Below are positions 17,584-29,500 of a DNA stretch of 59,109 nucleotides, piece after piece. Below the pieces are notes generated by a model that had not been told where the DNA came from, did not search any database, and saw only the letters and a program-made list of their open reading frames with translations. Position numbers and translations under genes: made by a program. The stretch's first letter is position 1; each line of letters starts with the position of its first letter. Source of the stretch: Bacteroidales bacterium (GTDB lineage Bacteria > Bacteroidota > Bacteroidia > Bacteroidales > WCHB1-69); the NCBI GenBank assembly GCA_017964255.1, contig JAGCSI010000081.1:1-59109 (forward strand), written 5' to 3'.

Positions 17584-20500
17584 ATGAAAAAACTTTACTT
17601 ATTACTGACTTTCTTTGTCTTATTCTGCATGAGCAGTATGGGGCAAGTGATTTTCTCAGAGAGTTTTGAAGACAATAATTTGTTCTATCAAAACTGGTGG
17701 CTTTACGATGCGGATGGTGACTCCTGGGCATGGCAGACATTAAGTGTTTACCCAGGTCCTGCGCCAGATGGCGATTATGCTGCCGCGTCATGGTCAATAA
17801 ATCCCAGTGAGGGGACTGCGAAAAATCCTGACAACTGGATGATTTCGCAGCCTATCTCTTTGGGTGATTCCTCAGTCTTGTCATTCTGGGTGGCTTCCGA
17901 TCAGGATCATCCGGGTGATCATTTTGCGGTGTATATCTGTGCAAATTGGGATTTCGATTATACTAATCCTCCGGCTAATTTTGAGGATTTGGTTCCGCAG
18001 ACTGTGACGACAGGGAATTTCATTCACCTCACAGTCGGTATTCCGAGCGAATATGCCAATGAGGAGGTGCGTATCGCTTTCAGACATTACAATTCGAACT
18101 CGGATGCACTGTATTATCTGATGATTGACAATATCACGATTACCGCGGTGCAAGCAGAAGGTCCCTCTGCAAGCGAGCAATCTGTGACGGCATGCGAAAT
18201 GTATGTCGTGGAGTCCTCAACCACTATGCTTCACGAGGATTTCGAAGGTGCGTTGCCTTCGGATTGGACTTTGGTGGATGCCGATGAAGATGGCGATAAT
18301 TGGGCTGTCATGGCTGGTGGTTACGCTCATACAGGTTTGGGCTATATTTCCTCGGCTTCATGGGACGGTACAACTTATTATCCTCAAAACTGGTTGATTA
18401 CCCCAGCTATTCCGGTTCCAGATACAGGTGTAACCACTTTTTCGTGGTGGGCGGGCGCTCAAGATCCAAGCTGGTATTCTGAACATTATGAGGTGTTGAT
18501 TTCCACCGCGTCCAATGCGGTGGGGGATTTCAACTCCGAGGCCTTGTATTCTGAAACTTTGTCAAGTTCGGCTTGGACACAGCATTCGTTTAGTTTGATC
18601 GACTATGTGGGACAAACCGTTTATATTGCCTTTGTCCACAAAGACTGTGCCGGAGAGTACAGATTGAATATTGATGATATTGAGGTGACTCATGCTAATG
18701 CGTTGGTTTATACGGAAAGCGGGGACTATACCCTTACCTATACCAACCAACATGGTTACGACTCGGTGGTGACCTTGCATCTTACAATTGTGGATGTTCC
18801 TACAGTGGGCACTTATCCGGTACAGAATTTTACTTCTGTTTCCGCTGAAATAGGTGGGTATTTGGAAACGATGTGTGGCGATGAACAGCCTCAGTTGGGT
18901 GTGTGCTATAGCACTTCTCCCAACCCCACAATGAACGATACGTATGTAATGGCTCCTTTGCCACCAGGCAGTACGGTTCCGGCCACTTCGTTTACACTAA
19001 ATATTGATGAGTTGACACCCAACACTACATACTATGTACGTGCCTTTGGGGTGACAAGTGAGGGTGCGATTTACGGACCGGAGGAGACTTTCACCACCTA
19101 CGGCCTCATTAATGCGAATGTCACGGTGACGAATAATATAGAACCCTATACACCGATTGACAGTGCGTTGGTGAGAATATATTATGGTGAAAGAGTTGGA
19201 GAATACTATCAGTTATTGGATTTAATAACCGAGGGAGTAACTGATAGCGAAGGCCATTTTTCCTATAATAATATTGTAATGACTGCCGATCCGCAAATAT
19301 TGTTTGTTCGTGCGTTTGCAGATGGCTATGATTATAGATCATACATTTATCCTACTGTTACCGCAGGCACTTTGAATAGTACTCTCCGTCTGCCTTTGGA
19401 ACCTTGCTACGAAGTGCCTTATTGGGTATACTGGGAGGAACAGACTAACGGCAACTATAGGCTGAGTTGGTGGTCGGCAGGTTATGATCCTGATGAACCG
19501 GTTGATCCCCAATATCCCAATTTGTTGACATATAATGTATATGAAAACGGAACTTTGATAGCGGAAGGTTTGACCAATCAGTGGTATATGCTTCCCTCCT
19601 TCAATGCTAATTCATGCTATCAAGTGAGGAGTATCTGCACCAACGGTGCCCTTTCCGATACTTCGTTTTGTGCCACCATCAAGCCGGTGCCCCCAACAGT
19701 GGTAACTTATAATCCTACGGAGATTACCGGTTTCTCTGCCGTATTGAATGGTGAGATTACCTCTGATGGCAATGCCGAAATATACAGCCGTGGTTTTTAC
19801 ACCAATACCATTCCTACATTGGATAGTGGAAATGTGAGTTTTCATTATCTGGATGATATGAGCTATGTGTTATCGACGGAGGTGACGGGTCTGGAGCCTG
19901 AAACCACCTATTATGTATGGGCATACGCTTTCAATCAGGCGGGAGGCTCTTATGGCAATATGCTGAGCTTCACCACCACGAGAGCTTGTTATGCTCCTGT
20001 AAACCTTCATGCAGATGATGTGATGGCAAGCTCGGCCCTGCTGACATGGACCAATAGTAATGAAGATACTCCTGCCTATTATGAGCTTTCGTACAAGGCA
20101 AACGATGCTGACAGTTGGACTGTGGTGAGCAATATCACTACTAATGCTTATATGTTGAGCGGCTTGCAGCAACTGACCTCCTATACTGTGCGTGTACGTG
20201 CTTATTGCGATGCCAATGCACACTCATCATACACTACCACAACTTTCAATACGGGTTGTCTTAGTGGCGCTTCTTCGGTGACCATAGGAGAGGGTACAGG
20301 TAGCAGTAGTGGTGGCGTACTGCCTACAAATATATATTATAAGCATTCTTATACCCAGCAGATTTATCAGTCTAATGAAATCGGAGCGGCTCGAACAATC
20401 AGTAATATAGAGTTGCAATATTTCTATTCCACAGCTTATTCTCGTAATCTTGATATCTACCTGCTTCATACCAATAAGACAGCATTTGCTAGTACTAACG

Positions 20501-23500
20501 ATTGGGTGTCTGTGACGGGAGTGCAACCTGTATTTTCCGGTTATGTCAATTTCACCAATGCCGCTGATGGCGGCTGGGTGAATATACCATTGACCACTCC
20601 TTTCGAATATAATGGCAGTGAAAATCTGGTATTGGTGGTTAATGACAAAACAGGATCGTATTTTAATAATGGAGAAAAGTTTTATACGCATTATACTTCT
20701 CAATACAGTAGCATGTATGCTTATAAAGATGGTAGTAGTGCTTATAGTCCGAGTAGTCCGGGCACAGCTTCAGGTAGAAGCTATTATCGCAACAATGTTA
20801 AATTACCTGGAGTATGTATTACCGAAGGTTGCGACTGCTCCAACGTGGCGGTGCTTAGCGTAAGCGATACTTCCGCCCAGTTGGCTATTGCGGCAGGAAA
20901 CGATGTGCAGGCTGTGGAATTGGAATACAAGGCCGCTGCTGCCATCGACTATACGCCGATTACCGTTCAGGGAAATTCCTTTACCTTGACTGGCTTGACA
21001 TCGAACACTGACTATGAGTTGCGTATCCGTTCCCTTTGTACCGAAGATACCACTGATTGGAAGACCGTGAATTTCAGTACGCTGGTAGCTTTCTTCGATC
21101 GCCTGTATGTGAAGACGGATGGCACAGGCAACGGTGGCAGCTGGGAACAGGCTACCAACAACCTTGCCGAAGCGCTGACGATGGCAGCACTTATTAAGAG
21201 TGGATATGGCATTACTCCCGAAATCTGGGTGGCCGAGGGTACATATTACAATAATGATCTGGGTTCTTCCAATGCCTTTACCCTCAATAGTGGTACCAAA
21301 CTATACGGTGGCTTTGCAGGTACCGAAACCTCAATAGAGGAACGCGACATCCAGGCGCATCCCACTATCCTCGACGGACAAAACAACCACAGAGTGTTAT
21401 ACCAGAATTATGATTATTATACTGTTAATGATTTGGTGGTTGTTGACGGTTTCACCATCCGTAATGGTAATAGCGGTGACGCGGGTGCTGGTGCTTATTT
21501 GAATAGCAATTTCGAGGTGAGAAACTGCCGTTTCCTGAACAATACGGCCTCTTCAAGTGGTGGTGCGGTTTACGTAGCGGGATCCAATTGGAATTATAAT
21601 AAATATGACTTCGTCGACTGCGAATTCACAGGCAACAGTACCCCTTATCAAGGTGGTGCTGTATGCGATTTTAACGACCATGCCTGCTACTTCAATTGTA
21701 AAATCAGCGGCAATCACGCAAATAATCAAGGTGGTGGTATTTATGGTGGTCAAAAAATGGTGAATTGTGAAATCAGCAACAATACAGCCGGATCATGTCC
21801 TGGCGTGTATGAATTAGCTGACTCGTTGGTAAACTGCGATATCGTGGGCAATGTGTCCACAGGTTACAACAATGCCGGTTTGATGTATTTCTATGGGGTG
21901 ATGATCAACACGGTGGTATGGGGCAATACCACCAATAACCAAACTCTTAATATCGCTAACTACAACGGCATGGTTGCCTATAATTCAGCTGTAGGTGGTT
22001 TGGAGAATTATGAAGGTGTCATCAATCTGTCGGCCGACAATTATGGTACAGACGCGAACCATCCGTTCTTCGTTTCTCCCGAAAATGGCGACTATCGTCT
22101 GCGCAACGGTTCCGCATTGATTGACGTAGGTACCACTTACAACAATTTGCCAGACTACGATATGGCGGGCGAAAGCCGTGTGTATGGTGATGCGGTGGAA
22201 ATCGGTTGTTATGAGTTCCATAATGAGGAATATTGTCTCGAACCTTTGCATCTGGAAGTTAGTTCGGTGTTGAGCAGCTCGGCGCTGCTCAGCTGGCGTG
22301 ATGCTGGTAATCTGGATAATTTGCTCTATTACGAACTGTCGTATAAACTTGCTGACGCTGCCGAATGGACTGTGCAGACCGTGACTCCGCAGTTCACATA
22401 CAAAATGCTGACAGGTTTGCTGTCAGATACCACGTATGTTGTACGTATGCGTTCATTCTGTACTTCTGACGCAGTTTCAGCATACACTCCTGAACTGGTA
22501 TTCAATACGGTTGGATCAGTACCATGTCCATTTGAAGGAGGTGAGAGTGTGGTCTTCAGAGGTGAGAGCAATCTAACCAACTATGCGGCATATATTCCTT
22601 CATACTTTTATTATAATTATTCGTATAGCCAGCAGATTTACCAGGCTTCCGAAATCGGTGGCGAAGGCATGATCACCTCATTGTCTTTGCAATATTTCTA
22701 TGATTATAGCCGAACCAGAACTATGAATATCTACCTGGGGCATACCTCCAAGTCTTCTTTCAGTAACTCAACAGATTGGGTGCCGATAGGAGATTTGCAG
22801 TTGGTGTATTCCGGTTCAATCACTTTCAACAATGGCGGTACGGATAATTGGTTTACTATAAACCTGCAGAACAATTTTGAATATAACGGTGAGGATAATC
22901 TGGTGCTGGTAATTGATGATAATACGGGTGGCAGTACCAATAGTTATAACAAATTTTACACCCATCAGGCTCCGGTAGATTATGCTACGATGTATGCCTA
23001 TTCTTCTAGTGACTTGAATCCGAATAATAGTTTTAGTGCCTCCAGTAGGATTTCATATCGTAATAACCTGAAACTGAACGGTCATTGCGTGGGAGGTAAT
23101 TGCGATCGCTCGAATCTGGTGGTCATGAATGTGACACCGAATTCGGCGAAACTGGTCTATGCGCCTGGTGCTTCCGCTACCGCCTTCGAATTGCAGTATG
23201 GTGTGGATGGAAGTAACAATTATGAGACCCTGCAGGCGCAAGATGGAGAATACAACTTGACAGGATTGCGCTACAATACGACTTACGAGGCGCGTATCCG
23301 CTCTCTTTGTGGGGAAGATTCCAGCTCCTGGAAAAGAGTTAAATTTACCACACCTTTGATTGACCTTGATCGTTTGTATGTGACCACCGATGGTACGGGC
23401 GATGCCAGTAGCTGGACCAATGCCTCCAACGATTTGGCCTGGGCATTGAACACCGCTGCCCGTATCAAAGAAGTCTTTGGCACGTCGGCTGAGGTATGGG

Positions 23501-26500
23501 TGGCCGAAGGTACTTATTATGGCATGAATGGAGAAAGTGCCTTTACTATGGTGGACGGTGTGAATGTGTATGGCGGTTTCGCTGGCACAGAGACGGAATT
23601 GTCACAACGTGACATCAACAATCATCCTACGGTACTGGATGGACAGAACAGCAGACGTGTGCTGTATCAGCCCGTATCTTTCGATGATCAAACGGTATGG
23701 GATGGCTTTACCATTCAGAACGGTAATGTCTCCAATTTCTCGGGTAATTCATACAATAACTATGGTGGTGGCGCGTTTATACGTAACAAAGGTGTTTTGC
23801 GTAATTGCCGTATCATTAATAATGCCGCTTATTGCGGTGGTGGTGTATATGGCAGTGCTTCTTCCTCCTATAATTCAGGTGCGGCTTTGGAGGCTTGTAC
23901 GATATCACATAATACGTCCAGCAATTCAGGTGCGGGTGTGTATGCGTATTATACGCGTCTTAGTCGTTGTGAGGTGTCGTACAATACCTCTTCGTCAAAT
24001 GGCGCTGGTGTCTATGTGCAATATGCATCTGTTGACAGAGATGTTATTTCCAATTGCTTGATAGCGAATAACACGTCCAACAGTAGTAGTGGCGCTGGTA
24101 TTTATATGAGCTCCAAAACAAAGATTCAGAGCTCCACAATTGTGAATAATAAGAATAAAAACACCTATAGTGGCGCAGGTGTTTATGCTTATTATGACGC
24201 TCCGATTGAAAACTGCATTGTTTGGGGTAATCGGAACAACAATGGCGAGGCAAACCTGGCGAATTCATACGAATGTAAGTACAGTGCGATAGAAGGGGCC
24301 TACTCGGGGACCAATTTGATTTTGTTGGCTTCGGAACCGGATCCCAATACCCCTTACTATCCGAATTTTGTAAACCCATCGCAGACCGCAGGCAGTGAGG
24401 ATGTCACCGCAAATGTGGATTGGCGTCTGGCCGATGGTTCTATCTGTGTGAACAGAGGTGACAATGAACTGATGGAGGCTGCCGACAGTTTGGATATGGA
24501 AGGCAATGTGCGTGTCCAGGTGGGAACTGTTGACTTGGGTTGTTACGAATCTCCGTACAATGCTATCACCTTGCCCGAATACAACGGTATTGTGTATGTT
24601 AAAGAAAATGGTACCGGCAATGGTACAAGCTGGGACAATGCCATGTCATCGCTTTCCAGCGCAATAGCAATCGCCAGTATGTATAATGCAGATGTATGGG
24701 TAGCCGCTGGTACCTATTATGGTGACAGCGTGTCAGCCAATGCGTTTATCCTTATGGATGGTGTGAATGTCTATGGTGGCTTTGTGGGTAATGAAGCCGC
24801 TAATTATGACTTGTCGTTGCGTGATTATGTCACTAACCAAACCATCCTCGATGGTCAGCACAACCAGCGACTGTTGTTCCAGAACAACGACTTCTCCACC
24901 CGTGCGGTTTGGGATGACTTTACTATGCGAAACGGTAATGCCAAGAGCAATAACAATGGTGGAAGAGGTGGTTGCGCCTATCTGAAGCATGGTGTCACAT
25001 TGCGCAATTGCGTGATTACAGAGAATACAGCATCATCATACGGTGGCGGTGTGTACACTGCTTATGACGATTATTATAATAATGACACCATCTTCTTGAT
25101 CAACTGCCAACTGAACTATAACACCTCCGGTTATGTGGCAGGTGGCGCTTATCTTAACAGAAGTGTAGCAATGCTCAATTGTGTTGTTGACCATAATACC
25201 AGCCATGGTTATGGTGGCGGTGTTTATATGTCTGAAAGTTATAATTTCATGGCTAACTGTTTGGTGGCCAACAACACTTCCTATGATGCTGATGGCGCAG
25301 GTGTTTATGTTAGTTCTTCAAATAATGTGATAAGAAATTCCACGATTGTCAATAATAAAATTGCCGCCGATGACCCGTCGAACGAAGTAGGCGGATCATC
25401 GAGTCGTGGGGCAGGTATATACGCCTACTACACCACAATCACCAATTGTATTGTTTGGGGCAATAAAAATTATAGCGAGGTAAACGGTATAGAGGGTTAT
25501 AATTATACTGCTACCTATGTGGCATCCGACTATGCATGTACGGGCAATAATAATGTCAGTCTCTCAATAGACAATGAGAATGATGGAACGCTCTCTCCCC
25601 ATTTTGTGAATCCTTCGAATACAGCAGGTGCCGCCGATGTTACCGATAATGCGGATTGGCATTTGCAGCAAGGCTCTCCCTGTGTCAACCGTGGTGTTAA
25701 TAGCATTGCTGACGCATTCGACCTTGATGGGAATGCCCGTGTGCAGATGGATACCATCGATTTGGGCTGCTACGAGTCATCATACCTTGGTATTGAAATC
25801 CCGGTTTACAATGGCATTGTATATGTGAAAGAGAATGGTGCCGGCAATATGACCGGTGACAGCTGGGACAATGCTATGCCTTCTATTCAGACGGCTCTGG
25901 GTATTGCGGCCATGAACCATGCGGTCGTTTGGGTGGCCGCAGGTACTTATCATGGTGACGGAACTTCCACCAATGCTTTTATGATGAAAGAAGGAGTGGA
26001 TGTTTATGGCGGCTTCGCCGGCAATGAAGACAGCGATTATGACTTGAACCTGCGTGATTTCGAGAACAATACTTCCATTTTGGATGGACAATATGCACAG
26101 CGTGTTTTGAGGCAGGGCGACTTCTCTTCATCCATCTACACCACTTGGGATGGTTTCACCCTCCAGAACGGCCGGGTGGAAGGACATGGCGCCGGTGCGT
26201 ACATCGTTTCATACGGTATATTGAGCAATTGTGTTATAAGAAACAATGCGATTACATCTCATTATAGTAATTCTTATTATGGCGCTGGCGTATATGCCCG
26301 TGCTACAGGTTCTTCTTCTAAGGCGATAATCAGGAATTGTATCATCGAAAACAACTATATTGAATACGCACAGTTTGGATACGGTGGAGGTTTATATACA
26401 AGATACACTGACGTTATTCGTACGGAAATCAGCCATAACTCAGCAACGTATAGTGGAGGCGGAGTATATTGTGATTATTATTCGAACTTCTCCAACTGCT

Positions 26501-29500
26501 TGATTTATGGCAATACAAGTAACTATTCCGGTGGCGGTGTATATGTCTATAGCAGTGGCAACAAATTTGTCAATTGTGATGTGGTGAGCAATATGGCCGG
26601 CAATAACTCAAACGGTGGCGGTTTCTATTTTAATAGTACCAGTTCTAACAGGTTGATTAATAGTATTATCTGGGGCAATAAGTCGGGTTATGCGGTGAAT
26701 AACATGTACAACACTCCGGCTACATTCACTTATTGCGCTGTGGAAGAGGGAACTTCGAGCGAAAACGGAAACATCATACTGGCCTCAGCCAACGATGGCA
26801 CAGATATCAACCAGTATTATGTGCGTTTTATCGATCCCCAGAATGGTAATTTCCATTTGCATCCGTCTTCTAACTGTATTGATAATGGTTCCAATGATGT
26901 GTTGGCGGTGACAGATACGCTTGATTTTTATGGCAACCAGCGTATATTCGGTACAAGTGTGGATATAGGTTGCTCCGAAGGACAGGAGGAAGGCATTTGC
27001 CTCTCGCCAATTAATCTGACGGCAAGCAACATCACTACAAGTTCCGCACAACTGACTTGGGAACCAAGAGGAAGCGAAACACAATGGGCGGTGGTGTATG
27101 GCGAAGTAAATGGCAATCAAAACTCCATTACCGTGAACCAGCCGAACTGCTCGTTGACGGGACTTGTCTTTAACCGCAGCTATACGGCTAAGGTGCGTGC
27201 CCTTTGTGACGAGGTGTCGATGAGCGTCTTCTCCATCCAAGTGAATTTCCAAACCGACTGTAACCCTGCCGAACTGCAGCCCCTCGGTGAGTGGTCCAGT
27301 TTTTATCCCATTGATAGTACCATTGTTGATTACAATGGGGTGACCTTCTCCTGGAGCAATGTCACCAATGCCACTTCATACGATTTCTATCTGTGGAGAT
27401 CTACTTCAAACGAACCGTCGGTTCCGACTTATTCAGGTCTTACACAGCCGGTGGTGACCAATTGTTCTTTGCCTGCTTATACTGCGGGTGCCACTTATTA
27501 TTGGAAAGTGGTGGCTTGGAACGAGTGTATCAGTGATACCAGCGACGTGATGATGCTGAGGGTTAACCCCAAACCCGACCTGCATGTGTCAGCGGTGAAT
27601 GTGGGCGCTGCCAAGGTGGGACAGTCACTTACCGTTGAATGGACCGTGACGAATGATGGCGAGGGCAGAACCCCGAATGGTGCAACATGGACAGATTACA
27701 TCTGGTTGGCCCAGGATGCCGATGTGCGTTGGTATGATGAACATGACAGACTTCTGGCGACTGTTGAAAGTATGCAACAGCTGCAGGCAGGCGAAAGTTA
27801 TACCAACCAGACTACAGTGACTATCCCCAACGATATAGATCCGGGTTCTTACTATCTGTTTGTATTTGCCGACCAACCCGATGCCTATAACATTAATTTC
27901 GGACCTACCGGTGGTGTAGCTCCTAATCCATACACACCGAGTGTGACGGGAGATCCCTATCCTTATTTGTCAGGTCATGTCCATTTTGAAGGTAATGTGA
28001 ACGAAGTAGAAAAACATGACAACTTCTTCTATGTGGTGCTGAATATCTTGCCACCGCCATCACCCGATTTGGTGGTGAGCTCTGTAACCCATGGCGGTAA
28101 CGCTATTTCTGGCAATACCACTAATATCACCTGGACCGTTGAAAATGTGGGTGAAGCCGCGGCAATGGGTTCATGGGTTGATGCGGTTTACCTCTCTACG
28201 GATACCGTGCTTGATATGAATAATGATTATCTGCTGGGAAGATATTCACACACCGATGGTCTGGCTCTCCATGGCAGTTACCAGCGGACCGAAGCGGTGA
28301 CGATTCCCATCGATCATTATGGTGACTACTATATTATTGTGATGACGGATATTACCAGCACCATCTACGAAGGCTTGCAGGAAAATAACAACAAGGGCAT
28401 TTCACAATCATTGGAAGTGACACTGACCTGGATGACCGACCTCGTGGTTACAGAGGTTACCCTGCCTTCGAATGTGGTGAATGCCAACGAGCGTTATCTA
28501 TGCAGCTATACGGTAAGCAATGAAGGCGCAAGCCCGACCTATACCTCACATTGGTATGATGTTATTTACTTTGGCGAGAATCCTGTTTTTGATATTAATA
28601 ACGTGACTTTGTTAGGGTCAATACATCATAACGGTGTCTTGGATGCAGGAGAATCCTACACGAATAATGTGAACATTGTTATCCCCGCTAATGCCTCTGG
28701 GCAGATGTATCTGTTCGTGGTGACGGATAAAGACAATACCGTGTTCGAATACAATGCTGAAGACAATAATACATATAATTATATGCCGGCATTGGAAGTG
28801 CTGAATCCCGACCTGCAGGTGTCCTCAGTTATTGTGCCGGATATGGTGGATCCCAATAATCTGCTCAGTGTCCAGTGGTCGGTACGTAACAATGGCCCTG
28901 GCAGCGTGGCGAATGGCGCGTTTCGTGACAATATCTACATTAATGGTGATTGCGTTTATTCAGCCAATGTTAGCTTGTTGAACATCGCGGTGGGCGATTC
29001 CATAGTCCGTACAGCAGTGGTTCGTATCCCATGTATCTATGGGAACAATGTGGAACTGACCGTCGGAACCGATGTGGAAAACAGAGTTTTGGAGGTTTCT
29101 GAAACCAATAATGAAAAGACACTGAATCTTGTTATCGGTACTCCTGACCTGGTAGTGAGTGATGTGACTCCTGTCTCTGAGGATCCCAACAATATTAGCC
29201 TGTGGAGCGGTACTGCTGCTGTGTTGTCATACAATGTGGCTAACAATGGCAATATGCCTGCTGAATTCTCAACTGTGAAAGATAGAATTTATCTGAGTAC
29301 TTCTGCCAACAGCTATCAGGCTTCTGACTTGATTTACACCAATACCCATGCGCTGAATATGGACAATGGCGGTGATAATGAGACCTTCACTTGTACGGTT
29401 ACGATTCCCAATGGTATCAGCGGTACTTACTATTATCATGTGGTGGTGAATGCCGATACCGCTATTTGCGAAGGCAACAATCTCGATAACAACGCATCGC

